From: Myxococcales bacterium
GTDB taxonomy: Bacteria > Myxococcota_A > Polyangia > Polyangiales > Polyangiaceae
Length of the DNA: 64,000 nt
Assembly (NCBI GenBank): GCA_043747615.1
Contig: JAYTOU010000080.1
Coordinates: forward strand, 8,913-72,912
Direction: 5' to 3'
This document shows positions 28,670-38,043 of this stretch, piece after piece. A program made the position numbers and the translations under genes. Below the pieces are notes generated by a model. It ran no database searches. It saw nothing but the letters and a program-made list of their open reading frames with translations, and had not been told where the DNA came from. Every line of letters starts with the position of its first letter. The stretch's first letter is position 1.

Positions 28670-29155
28670 TCAGTGATCTCTCGATCGCCTTCGTAGGAGC
28701 GGGATCAGGTACCAGGTGGCAAAGATCAGTGCGAAGGTCGCGCTCCCGGCACCCCACGCCCAGCGCTCGCCGAGGACCATCTCCGAGATCAGGAATACGG
28801 CCCCCCCGATCGCGAGCGCGAGACAGACGATCCCCGCAATGGCGAAGCGGTTCGCGCGGAAGAGTAGTCGCTCCTTGTCCTGCGCACGAAACGCAAGCCG
28901 ATGGTTCGACGACGGCGCGATGAGAAAGATCGACGCAATCGTGGTGCAGGCGAACGTAGCGTAGAACGCCCTGCTCTCGAGCAGCGTGAGCGTCCCGAAC
29001 CGCGCGGAAAAAGGGACGGTGAGGAGGAACGCGAAGAGCATTTGAACGCCGGGGAGCGCAACGCGAAGCTCGGTGAGAAGCTCGGTCAGCTCTCGGTTGA
29101 TCCGCTCCTTGCGTGTCTCGCGATCCGCCTCTTCGGGGCGCTCGTTAGCGGTCAA
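28670..29155 (-). CDS. DUF6328 family membrane protein
   Basis: ELLTELRVALPGVQMLFAFLLTVPFSARF plus four TM segments. Confidence 0.8.
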   Translation of the reverse strand: MTANERPEEADRETRKERINRELTELLTELRVALPGVQMLFAFLLTVPFSARFGTLTLLESRAFYATFACTTIASIFLIAPSSNHRLAFRAQDKERLLFRANRFAIAGIVCLALAIGGAVFLISEMVLGERWAWGAGSATFALIFATWYLIPLLRRRSRDH

Positions 29156-29286
29156 GGGGTAACCGGAGAGGCGACCGCGTCGAACGTCGCGCCGTTCGTC
29201 TGTGTCCAGATCACGGCGAGCTTACCCGCGGCAGGTGCGGCGTACCCCTCCAGGTGGTTGCGCGTCCAACCATGGCGTGGACTCAT
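29152..29286 (-). CDS. 44-aa small ORF coupled to both neighbours (or internally deleted gene)
   Basis: MSPRHGWTRNHLEGYAAPAAGKLAVIWTQTNGATFDAVASPVTP*; ATGA overlap at its start, TTGA overlap at its end. Confidence 0.5.
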   Translation of the reverse strand: MSPRHGWTRNHLEGYAAPAAGKLAVIWTQTNGATFDAVASPVTP

Positions 29287-29741
29287 TTCGTTTCGGCCGG
29301 CGGGTCCCGGACCTCTATGGTGTCGAGTCTCATCACGGCGGGCGGTGCCGAAGACGCCGCCGACGCAGAGGACGCAGCCGCCCCCGGAGCAACGGTCGGA
29401 GCGACGGCGGACGGCGCAGCGGCAACGGGCTTACCGCGGAGCGCGCTCCCCAGCGTGAGCCCGCCGGCGATGCCCACCACGATCATCACTGCGATCGCTC
29501 CGTAGAGGACTGCTTTTTTTTGCTGCGACGGAGGAGGCGCGCTCGGCCTCTTTTGCAACGCAGCCGGCGACTGCGCGACGAACGGAGGGAGCGGTGGCGG
29601 AAGCGCGCGACCCGTCGACGGAGGCGGCACCGACGCAGCCACATCCTCGGCCTCGTTGTCGTCGAGCCGAATGCCTTCGAGATCCCCCACCGCGTCGATT
29701 TGCATCGTGGCGTTCGTGTCGGGAGGCTCCGGTTTTTTCAT
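29283..29741 (-). CDS. Hypothetical single-pass membrane protein, Pro/Ala-rich
   Basis: ORF with one TM helix (VLYGAIAVMIVVGIAGG). Confidence 0.65.
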   Translation of the reverse strand: MKKPEPPDTNATMQIDAVGDLEGIRLDDNEAEDVAASVPPPSTGRALPPPLPPFVAQSPAALQKRPSAPPPSQQKKAVLYGAIAVMIVVGIAGGLTLGSALRGKPVAAAPSAVAPTVAPGAAASSASAASSAPPAVMRLDTIEVRDPPAETK

Positions 29742-29832
29742 CGCAGGTCACTCTCAGGCTACCACCGTCCCGGTGTCCCGGAGGAGCCCAATCCTGACGG
29801 CTCTCAACGGTGGTGACTCCTAAAGAGCGCTT

Positions 29833-30079
29833 CTACTCGGACTTATCGGTGATCTCCGCGATCTTGCCCTTCGCGTTCCAGCACGTCACGGTCGTGTGCT
29901 TCATGACGCCCGCCGCGCTTTCCATCGTGTAGCACTGCTGGTCGGCGACCTTCTCGGACTTGGTGACCTTGGGATCCTTGAGCGCGTACATGCCGAGGTC
30001 GTCGCCCTGAAAAGCCTTGGAGCCGAACTTTTTTTACCGCCTTGCCAACCGAGTCGTCTTTGCCGTCGAGCATGGCCAT
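29833..30079 (-). pseudogene. Small gene broken by one extra base in an A7 run
   Basis: Removing one T from 30029-30035 gives MAMLDGKDDSVGKAVKKFGSKAFQGDDLGMYALKDPKVTK...CYTM...TCWNAKGKIAEITDKSE*. Confidence 0.6.
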
Positions 30080-30160
30080 GTTCTCAACGCGCTTCGGCGG
30101 TGCGCGACATACCGGAGCGATGTTCGAGCGCGCGGTCAAAAAAGCCGCTAGTAGGGAGCC

Positions 30161-31801
30161 GTGCGGCGCGGCGTAGTGCTCTTGGTGGTGATCGTTGCGG
30201 CGTGCGCAAAGGGGCCCAACGCGACGGTGGAGCTGGTCGAAGGCGCGACCCGCGGTGAGCTCGATGCGCTCGCAGACGCACCCGATGACGCGGCGATGGC
30301 CGCTGTCGCCCGCGCGAAGAAAATCAAAGAAGCACGTGCGGCGCTCGACGCAGGCACCTGGAACGACGGAGAGCTGTATGCGACGTCCGCGCGCACGTCG
30401 GTGATGAACATGCCAGCGTGGCCGGAGGAAGCAGACGCCGGCGAGCCCTCCACGTCGGTGTATCGCCTCGGGTACCTGCGCAATGGCTCGCACGTCTCTG
30501 CGTTCCCGGAAACGATCGTCAACGATGATTGCCCCGACGGTTGGTACGAGCTTCTCGAGGGCGGCTTCGTCTGCGCAAAGCACGCGACGCTCGACGCGAA
30601 GACGCCGAGCGTGAAGTACGCGGCGAGCCCTCCGAGCCTGAGCACCCCGATGCCGTACCGTTACGGCTACGCGACGGCGAACGACACACCCGTGTACCGG
30701 CGCGTTCTGTCCCTCATGGATCGCCGTAAATACGAGCCTTGGCTGATCCCGCCGCCGCCGGTGACCATTCCTCCTCCGAGCCTCGTGCTCGAAGCGGTCG
30801 ACACGCCCTACGAGGACACTCCGCTCGACGAGAAGCAGAAGCTCGGAACGAAGGACGCAGGCGCCAAGGATGCCGGCGTGATCAAGCTCGGCAGCCTCAA
30901 AGGTCGTGGGGTGCTCGCGCGCAAGATGATGAAGGGCTTCTACGTCGCGCTCGATCGCGAGTTTACAGCCGCCAAAGCAAAGTGGTGGCGCACCGCCGAG
31001 GGTTTCGCCATTCCCTACGAGCGCATCGCTTTGCAGGCTGGGTCACCCGATTTCCACGGGTCGTGGGTGGCGCGCCCCGCTTCTGTCGACGCGGGCACTG
31101 TGCCCGAAGGCAACGGCAAGGCGGCCCTCGTGAGCTCTGCTATTGCGCTGCACTTCCAGAAAAACGAGAAGGGGAAAATGGTCTACACGACGCCCCTCGC
31201 CAAGTGGACCGCGCTCGAGCTCGCCGGCGAACCGTTCGTCGTGGACGGTGTTCAGTTTCACGAGACGACCTCTGGCTTCTTCGTACGTGCGGTCGATCTC
31301 AAGCTCGCGAGCCCGGAAAAACCAGGGGATCTCGCACCCGGCGAGAAATGGATCGACGTCGACCTCGGCCGCCAGATCCTGATCGCCTTCGAAGGCGACC
31401 ACCCGGTGTACGGCACCCTCGTTTCGTCAGGACGTCGCTGGGCCTGGGATCCTGAGCATGATCATCCGACCCCGACCGGGACGTTTCGCATCTACGAAAA
31501 GCACGTCACGGCGACGATGGACGGCGACGTTGCCGCCGACGGCCCCTACTCGATCGAGGACGTGCCCTGGGTCATGTTCTTTCAGGGAAGCTACGCGCTC
31601 CACGGCGCCTTCTGGCACAATCTGTTCGGCACGCCGAAGAGCCACGGCTGCGTGAACCTCTCACCGATCGACGCGCGCGAGCTCTTCTTCTGGACCGAGC
31701 CGCGCCTCCCGACGGGCTGGCACGGCGTCTTTCAAGCGCGCGAAAATCAGGGCACGCAGGTCGTCATTCATGAGCCCGACGTGAAGGCGTTGAAGAAATA
31801 A
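30161..31801 (+). CDS. L,D-transpeptidase (YkuD) family lipoprotein
   Basis: WIDVDLGRQ, VSSG, TPTGTF, HGAFWH..FG..SHGCVNL. Confidence 0.9.
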   Translation: MRRGVVLLVVIVAACAKGPNATVELVEGATRGELDALADAPDDAAMAAVARAKKIKEARAALDAGTWNDGELYATSARTSVMNMPAWPEEADAGEPSTSVYRLGYLRNGSHVSAFPETIVNDDCPDGWYELLEGGFVCAKHATLDAKTPSVKYAASPPSLSTPMPYRYGYATANDTPVYRRVLSLMDRRKYEPWLIPPPPVTIPPPSLVLEAVDTPYEDTPLDEKQKLGTKDAGAKDAGVIKLGSLKGRGVLARKMMKGFYVALDREFTAAKAKWWRTAEGFAIPYERIALQAGSPDFHGSWVARPASVDAGTVPEGNGKAALVSSAIALHFQKNEKGKMVYTTPLAKWTALELAGEPFVVDGVQFHETTSGFFVRAVDLKLASPEKPGDLAPGEKWIDVDLGRQILIAFEGDHPVYGTLVSSGRRWAWDPEHDHPTPTGTFRIYEKHVTATMDGDVAADGPYSIEDVPWVMFFQGSYALHGAFWHNLFGTPKSHGCVNLSPIDARELFFWTEPRLPTGWHGVFQARENQGTQVVIHEPDVKALKK

Positions 31802-31802
31802 C

Positions 31803-32069
31803 TCACGCGTCCGATAGAGCGATGACGCCGGCGCCGGTGATGCGGTAGACGACGTTGCTCTCCCCCGCCTCGCGTTCGTCCTCTTCGCCGTCGGGCGCCT
31901 CTCCGTACTCCCCGTTGACCTCGACCAACCCGAGAGAACAAAGCTTCTCCATCGCCTCGTAGTCGTCGTCCGTGAGCACGTCGCCCTCGAGTCCGCCGTG
32001 ATCCTCGTCGGAGGCGCGGACCTCCCGAAGAAGGGCGTGCTCGGTAGGCGTGAGGACGGGGCGACTCAT
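31803..32069 (-). CDS. Small acidic hypothetical protein (winged-helix-like C-terminus)
   Basis: MSRPVLTPTEHALL..L..LGLV..YRITGAG. Confidence 0.55.
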   Translation of the reverse strand: MSRPVLTPTEHALLREVRASDEDHGGLEGDVLTDDDYEAMEKLCSLGLVEVNGEYGEAPDGEEDEREAGESNVVYRITGAGVIALSDA

Positions 32070-32129
32070 GGAGCCCACTGTAATGCGCCGAGGGAAGGAA
32101 CCGCGTCGCATCGCGTACAAACTGCCGAA

Positions 32130-32687
32130 ATGATCATGCGAACGCTCTTCGGGCTGTCTTTAGTGGCGTTTGGTCTTGGCACTGCCGCGTGTGCGGTGGG
32201 CGTCGGAAACGTCGACGAATCGCTGCTGGGCGACGACGGCGGCTTGCCGAACGACGAGGGCGGCGTCCATGACGCGGGAAGAAGAGACTCCGGTCGCTAC
32301 GACGCCGGCGTTCGCGAGGCCTCCTCAGACAGCGCGCTCGGCCCCTCGGCGGCGGTCTGCCTCGAGGGTTGGGCCGGCTACGCGGGGACGTGTCCCGCCC
32401 CCCAGATCACTTCTTCGTACGTGGCGAGCGGCTGCGTCGGCACGACGGGCTGGTTCGTTGTCGGGTCCAACTTTCAAGTCGAGCAGCGCAACACCGGCAC
32501 TGCCGACGACGGGCCGCAATCGATCGGCGCCAACGGCGATCAGAAAATGTGGAATGTGATCACCACCACGCAGCTGTGCGTGACGATCTCCGCCGCCGCG
32601 AAGGCCGCGTGGGTTGGACACACGGTCTACGTGAAAAATCCGGACGGGAAGACCTCCAACGCCGTGATCGTGACGGATCTTCTCTAG
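32130..32687 (+). CDS. Hypothetical lipoprotein with IPT/TIG-like domain
   Basis: TAAC lipobox, DAG linker, PQITS..GSNF..VYVKNPDGKTSN. Confidence 0.6.
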   Translation: MIMRTLFGLSLVAFGLGTAACAVGVGNVDESLLGDDGGLPNDEGGVHDAGRRDSGRYDAGVREASSDSALGPSAAVCLEGWAGYAGTCPAPQITSSYVASGCVGTTGWFVVGSNFQVEQRNTGTADDGPQSIGANGDQKMWNVITTTQLCVTISAAAKAAWVGHTVYVKNPDGKTSNAVIVTDLL

Positions 32688-32761
32688 CTCGCCACGCAGC
32701 TCTCGCGGGTAGCGCGGCTCGCGCGTTGTCCTTTTCGCGACTTGGTGAGAGGGTACCTCTC

Positions 32762-33943
32762 ATGGAGCCGTTCGCCCCGTGTCCGCACTGCCACCAGCGG
32801 CACAGACCGATGCGCACGCTGTGCCCGACGACCGGAGCGTCGTTCGGAAGTGCTGCCGGTAACGACCCGCCCGCTCCCAGAGCCGAAGCGCCCAGAGTCG
32901 AGGCGGAGCCCTTGCCGACAGCAGTCAAGTCGGTGCACGCGGTCGCCTCGAAAACTGGGGCGAAGCGGGCTCCGCTGAAGCGCCGTTCTTCCGTCCGAGA
33001 AAAGGAGCTGGTCGGGCGCACCCTCGACGGCAAGTACCTCGTGCGAAGCGCGATTGGCGAGGGCGCCGTCGGTACGATGTTCGATGCCCAGCACCTGGGT
33101 CTCAAGCGCGAAGTGGCGTTGAAGGTGCTCGATCCGAGCGAGGCCGAGACGAAGGCGAGCGTGGATCGCTTCCATCGCGAGGCGCGCGCCGCGGGGGCGA
33201 TCGGGCATCCGAACATTTGCAGGGTCTACGATTTCGGCGCCCTCGACGACGGCAGCCCGTACATGGTCCTCGAAAAGCTCAGCGGCGAGACGCTCGGGCA
33301 CCAACTCACGAAGCAGGGCCGGCTGTCGATCGGCTACGCGATCGACATCTTCGTGCAAATCTTGGCCGGCCTATCGGCGGCGCACGAGCAGGGGATCGTC
33401 CACCGCGACATCAACCCTTCGAACATATTCCTGACGACGGACGCGGGGCCGACGCCGCTCGTGAAGATCCTGGACTTCGGTCGCTCCAAGCTGGCGGCAA
33501 CGCTCCTCGAGGGCGATGAGTCGCTCACGGTGACCGGCGTAATCATCGGGACGCCTGGCTACATGGCTCCCGAGCAAGCGCGGGGCGATCGCGACGTCGA
33601 CGGACGCGCCGATCTTTACTCCTGCGGCGTCATGCTCTTCGAGGCGCTGATCGGAAAGCATCCGCCGGTCGCGCCGAAGCGGGTATCGACCATCCGACCG
33701 TCGCTCCCCAAGGCGCTCGATGGAATCGTCGACAGAGCGTTGGCCCCCGCCCGCGAGAACCGCTACCGCGATGCTCTGGAATTTCAGCGCGATTTGCACG
33801 CGGTGCGCGTCGCTGCTCCGCCGCCTCCGCCTCCGCCGCGCAAGCGGAGTCCTTCGGAAGTGACGGCGACGGACGTCGACCTCATCAACGTCGACGATGA
33901 CGTGAAGACCACGATCATGCCGGCGTCGAAGCGTCGGCGCTGA
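32762..33943 (+). CDS. Cytoplasmic Ser/Thr kinase-like protein with N-terminal Zn-ribbon-like motif
   Basis: CPHC..H..CP; GEGAVG, VALK, HRDINPSN, DFGR, GTPGYMAPE; no TM. Confidence 0.85.
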   Translation: MEPFAPCPHCHQRHRPMRTLCPTTGASFGSAAGNDPPAPRAEAPRVEAEPLPTAVKSVHAVASKTGAKRAPLKRRSSVREKELVGRTLDGKYLVRSAIGEGAVGTMFDAQHLGLKREVALKVLDPSEAETKASVDRFHREARAAGAIGHPNICRVYDFGALDDGSPYMVLEKLSGETLGHQLTKQGRLSIGYAIDIFVQILAGLSAAHEQGIVHRDINPSNIFLTTDAGPTPLVKILDFGRSKLAATLLEGDESLTVTGVIIGTPGYMAPEQARGDRDVDGRADLYSCGVMLFEALIGKHPPVAPKRVSTIRPSLPKALDGIVDRALAPARENRYRDALEFQRDLHAVRVAAPPPPPPPRKRSPSEVTATDVDLINVDDDVKTTIMPASKRRR

Positions 33944-33984
33944 CAGCTTGCGAGCGGCGTCGCGCCTCTGATACGCCCCAAGAG

Positions 33985-34590
33985 ATGAAGCTCTATCACA
34001 GCCAATATACCCGCTCCGCACGTGCCCGCTGGATGCTCGAAGAGACAGGCTCCCCTTAGGATCTCGAGCAAATCGTCCTCTCCAAGGGCCAGCACAAGAC
34101 GCCCGAATACCTCGCTGTCCATCCGCACGGCGTGGTCCCCGCATTCGTCGACGGCGACCTCAAGATGATGGAATCGTCGGCCATCGTCATGCATCTCGCC
34201 GACAAGTTTCCGGAGAAAAGGCTCGCGCCGGCCCTTGGGTCGAACGAGCGCGCCACGTACTACAGCTGGATGGTCTACGTGCCCGCCACGATGGATCCGG
34301 TGCTCGAGACGCTCACCTTGCACACCAAGCTGCTCCCCGAAGAAAAGCGCAGTCCGGCCGTCGTCGAAGCACAGAAGAAGCGGCTGCACGCGATCGCCAA
34401 GGTGGTCGAGGAGGCCATTGGCGGCCGAGAGTTCATCGTGGGAAAAAGCTTCACGGCCGCCGACCTGGTGATGACCAGCGCTATCGGTTGGATGGGGTTC
34501 ATCGGGGTGCTCGCGGATCACCCGAAGCTCATCGCCTATAGCGCCGTGCACTGCGCTCGGCCGGCGTACGTGCGCGCCCACGCCGACTGA
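33985..34590 (+). pseudogene. Glutathione S-transferase with in-frame TAG at codon 25
   Basis: MKLYHSQYTRSARARWMLEETGSP*DLE..YLAVHPHGVVP..ESSAI..FTAAD; TAG at 34057-34059. Confidence 0.85.
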
Positions 34591-34613
34591 GGCGAGACGC
34601 GCGAAGGTGCGCG

Positions 34614-35066
34614 TTACTTGTCGTCGCCCGAGTTGGTGATCTCCATCGGCTCCACGGTGATGGGCTGCTCGTTCTTTCCGAAGATCCCTTTCGAGAAGTC
34701 GACGGACACCTTGGGGACGCTATGCCAGTGGAAGTCGACCTCTTCGAACTCGACGAACACGGCGCGCGAGCCGCCCGGCGGAATGAAGTACGCGGTGTGA
34801 GAAGTGGACGACCCGCTTGCCCGAGCGACTTTGTGTCCGTCGGGCAGCGTAACGCTCACGCCGTCGCGCACCACGCGGATCGGGTCCGACGTGCCGTTGA
34901 CGACCGTCACCCGCACCCAGAGCTTGTGGCCACCCACCCAGGCCTGCTGGGGCTGAATCTGAACGCCGCCGCCCTTTGCGGAGCGAGCCGACCAGTACTG
35001 CTTCGAACCGCACCCCATGACGAGGAACGGCAGCGTGAACGTGAGCAGGATGATGAAGCGTCGCAT
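34614..35066 (-). CDS. Hypothetical lipoprotein
   Basis: MRRFIILL..VMGC lipobox; beta-rich Ig-like body. Confidence 0.65.
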   Translation of the reverse strand: MRRFIILLTFTLPFLVMGCGSKQYWSARSAKGGGVQIQPQQAWVGGHKLWVRVTVVNGTSDPIRVVRDGVSVTLPDGHKVARASGSSTSHTAYFIPPGGSRAVFVEFEEVDFHWHSVPKVSVDFSKGIFGKNEQPITVEPMEITNSGDDK

Positions 35067-35126
35067 GCCGCATCTAACGAAAGGAGCGCGCCAAAGACAA
35101 GGCGCGAATGCTATGGCCAAGATCCA

Positions 35127-35531
35127 ATGACTGTCGTCGACTGCGAAACCGAACAACCGAACGCCTTTCCCGTGGTGCTCCACGTGGGCAAGCACACCTT
35201 CCGCGCCGACGTTGGCCCGAGCAGTGGCAGCACGGACTCGGCGCCCGGGCCACACGACTACTTCGACGCGGCTCTCGCGAGCTGCAAGGCCCTGACGGCC
35301 ACATGGTATGCGCGCAAGAACGCGATTCCTCTCGAGCGGGTGGAGGCGCACGTCGAGCGCGACGACGGGGGCGAGAGGCAAGGAACGTACGTGCTCAAGG
35401 TACGCATGGCACTTCACGGTCCGATGAGCGACGAGCAGCGCGCTCGGGTCCACGCCGCCGTGGAGCGCTGCCCGATCCACAAGCTGATGACGACCGCAGA
35501 CGTGGTGATCCAGACGGAGCCGGTCGCCTAG
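35127..35531 (+). CDS. OsmC/YhfA family protein
   Basis: PGPHD..AALASCKALT and ERCPIHKLM Cys pair. Confidence 0.88.
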   Translation: MTVVDCETEQPNAFPVVLHVGKHTFRADVGPSSGSTDSAPGPHDYFDAALASCKALTATWYARKNAIPLERVEAHVERDDGGERQGTYVLKVRMALHGPMSDEQRARVHAAVERCPIHKLMTTADVVIQTEPVA

Positions 35532-35547
35532 CCAACCTTCGACCGGA

Positions 35548-36447
35548 CTAGCTGAGAGGGCGCGCCTTCAGCGAATCGAGGACGAAATCGCGGAAGGCAA
35601 TGACCTTGCGCGGCAGGTGCTGCGCCCCGTGGTACACGACCCAGAGCTGCCCGGTCGGCACGTTCCAGCGCGGTAGAACGCGGACCAAGTGCCCAGCCGA
35701 GACGTCGTCGGTGGCGAGAAATGACGGGAGCACGCCGATGCCCGCGCCGTGGCGAATGACCTCGCGGACGAAGAACATGTCGTCGCAGTGGATCCGTCCC
35801 TCGGGCGTAACGATGATCGGTTTGCCAGGCCCGGCGAGGCGAAGCGTCCGCGTCGTGGGAAAGAGGACCCAGGTGTGAAGGCCGAGATCGCGCGGTCTGC
35901 GCGGTGTTCCGCGAAGAGCGAGGTAGCTCGGAGATGCATAGAGCTGCATCGTCACCACCCCCGCATTTCGCGCGAGCAGCGAGGAGCTTTTCATCTGCCG
36001 CGTCGCGATTCGTAGGGCCATGTCCAAGCCCTCCGCAACGAGATCGACTTGAGCGTTCGTGAGGCGGAGCTCTACGTGCACGCGCGGGTAGAGCGCCACG
36101 AACCGGGCGACGATCTCCGCGAGAACGGTGGAGCCGAAGTCGACCGCCGCCGTCACTCGCAACCGTCCGGACGGTTCTGCGTCGAGGTCGGGGAGATCGC
36201 CCACCGATTGCTGGAGCGTCGCCAGCGGCGATGAGATCCGATCGAGGAACGCAGCCCCCGCGGTGCTCAGCGAGACGCGCCGCGTCGTTCGATGAAAGAG
36301 CCGCACTCCCAGTTCGCCTTCTAACCCAGCGATGCCCCGGCTCACGGACGACTTGGGAAGGCCGAGCTTCTCGGCGGCGGCGGAGAAGCTGGAGCTCTCG
36401 GCAACCGCCGTGAACAGGGGAAGGAGGTTCAGATCGATTGTTCCCAT
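35548..36447 (-). CDS. LysR family transcriptional regulator (CrgA/DmlR-like)
   Basis: SFSAAAEKLGLPKSSVSR..LE..LGVRLFHRTTR; DLVAEGLDMALR. Confidence 0.95.
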   Translation of the reverse strand: MGTIDLNLLPLFTAVAESSSFSAAAEKLGLPKSSVSRGIAGLEGELGVRLFHRTTRRVSLSTAGAAFLDRISSPLATLQQSVGDLPDLDAEPSGRLRVTAAVDFGSTVLAEIVARFVALYPRVHVELRLTNAQVDLVAEGLDMALRIATRQMKSSSLLARNAGVVTMQLYASPSYLALRGTPRRPRDLGLHTWVLFPTTRTLRLAGPGKPIIVTPEGRIHCDDMFFVREVIRHGAGIGVLPSFLATDDVSAGHLVRVLPRWNVPTGQLWVVYHGAQHLPRKVIAFRDFVLDSLKARPLS

Positions 36448-36503
36448 TTCGGAACAGTGTAAGCCAATTGCATCATCTTGTGCACTAGCGTCCATGGTGC
36501 ACA
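36439..36503. promoter_or_regulatory. Divergent LysR control region with two inverted repeats
   Basis: TGTTCC-N6-GGAACA at 36439-36456 (contains T-N11-A, covers the LysR start codon); TGTGCAC-N11-GTGCACA at 36479-36503. Confidence 0.55.
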
Positions 36504-36512
36504 TTGTCGGGC

Positions 36513-37295
36513 ATGGAAGCGACCAAGCGGATGCCGGTCATCTTCGCCGCGCACGGAGCGCCGATGATCCTCGACGATGCGGCGTGGATGGCGGAGCTCG
36601 CTGCGTGGGCTGGCGCGATGCCGAAGCCCAAGAGCATCGTCATGGTCTCGGCGCACTGGGACGCGAGGCCCGTCACCTTCGGCGCCACGGAGGCGGTGCC
36701 GCTGGTCTACGACTTCTACGGCTTTCCGGACCGCTACTACCAGACGAAATACCCTGCGCCGGGCGCGCCGCTCCTTGCATCGCGCGTGGGCGAGCTCTTG
36801 CGCGAAAGTGGGATCGCCTTCGCGCAGGATGCCAAGCGCGGGTTAGACCATGGCGCGTACCTTCCTCTCGTGGCGATGTACCCTGCGGCGGATGTCCCGG
36901 TGCTTCAGGTGTCGCTTCCCGGCCTCGATCCAGCGAAGCTCCTTGCGCTCGGAGAAGCGCTCGCCCCGCTCCGCGACGAAGGCGTGCTCATTTTTGGCAG
37001 CGGGTTTCTCACCCACAACATGCACTATGCATTCAAAAAAGGTACGCCCGCGTGGGCGCGGGAGTTCGATGCCTGGGCCGCAGAGTCTCTCGCTCGGCAC
37101 GACGTCGACGCGTTGATGCACTTTGCTACCCGGGCGCCCGCCGCGGAGCTTGCCCTACCGACGTGGGAGCACTTTGCGCCGGTCATCGTGGCGGCTGCGG
37201 CAGCCCATGCCAGTCAAGGTTCGGTTGCGTTTCCCATCACGGGCTATTGGATGGACGGCGCGTTCACCAAGCGCTCGGTACAATTCGATCAATGA
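36513..37295 (+). CDS. DODA-type (LigB/YgiD family) extradiol dioxygenase
   Basis: HGAP, SAHW, YDFYGFP, RGLDHG, GSGFLTHN, PTWEHF. Confidence 0.9.
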   Translation: MEATKRMPVIFAAHGAPMILDDAAWMAELAAWAGAMPKPKSIVMVSAHWDARPVTFGATEAVPLVYDFYGFPDRYYQTKYPAPGAPLLASRVGELLRESGIAFAQDAKRGLDHGAYLPLVAMYPAADVPVLQVSLPGLDPAKLLALGEALAPLRDEGVLIFGSGFLTHNMHYAFKKGTPAWAREFDAWAAESLARHDVDALMHFATRAPAAELALPTWEHFAPVIVAAAAAHASQGSVAFPITGYWMDGAFTKRSVQFDQ

Positions 37296-37314
37296 AGAAC
37301 GGAAGGATGAACTC

Positions 37315-37965
37315 ATGGTTTCGATGAACGTTGTCTCTCGCTTCGCCTCTTGTGCATCACTGATGCTCGCCGCCGCCGCCCTCTCGGGATGCGACAACAA
37401 TCCCACCAAGGACAAGGCCCAGGCCACGGTGGCCGAGCCGGTGGCGGTCGCTGCGCCGGCCGCGGGCACGAAATACGTATTTTCCGGCGCGGATTCGAAG
37501 ATTTCATGGGTCGGGGCGAAGGTCACGCGCAAGCACGACGGATCCTTCGGCACATTCAACGGCGCGATCGATCTCGTCGACGGCAAGCCCGAGAAGAGCT
37601 CGGTGACCGTCGACGTCGACATCGCGTCACTCACTACGGACGAGCCCAAGCTGATCGTTCACCTCAAGACTGCCGACCTCCTCGACCTCGCCAAGTTCCC
37701 GCAGGCGCACTTTGCCTCCACGTCGATCAAGCCCGGCGGCGACAAAGGGGCAACCCACACCGTGACCGGAAACTTCACGCTTCACGGAGTGACGAAATCA
37801 ATTTCTTTCCCGGCGACCATCAAAGTGAATGGCGACACGGCGGACGTGAACGCAGATTTCGGCATCAACCGAAAAGACTTTGGCATCGTCTACCCGGGAA
37901 TGCCGGACGACCTAATCAAGGACGACATTCTGATCAAGCTGGCGATCCACGGAAAGAAGGCCTAG
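37315..37965 (+). CDS. YceI family lipoprotein
   Basis: LSGC lipobox; HLKTADLLD..KFP.A.F.S, GNFTLHGVTK, INRKDFGI. Confidence 0.88.
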   Translation: MVSMNVVSRFASCASLMLAAAALSGCDNNPTKDKAQATVAEPVAVAAPAAGTKYVFSGADSKISWVGAKVTRKHDGSFGTFNGAIDLVDGKPEKSSVTVDVDIASLTTDEPKLIVHLKTADLLDLAKFPQAHFASTSIKPGGDKGATHTVTGNFTLHGVTKSISFPATIKVNGDTADVNADFGINRKDFGIVYPGMPDDLIKDDILIKLAIHGKKA

Positions 37966-38043
37966 GCGACCATCGCGAGCCTGTGCCGCGTGATACCCAT
38001 CATGCGGCCTAGGCGACGCGCGTGATCAGGCTACCCTTGCTAC

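Noticed and set aside
30029..30035. Programmed -1 frameshift at the A-run
   Set aside because: The repair needs a +1 shift and there is no mobile-element context
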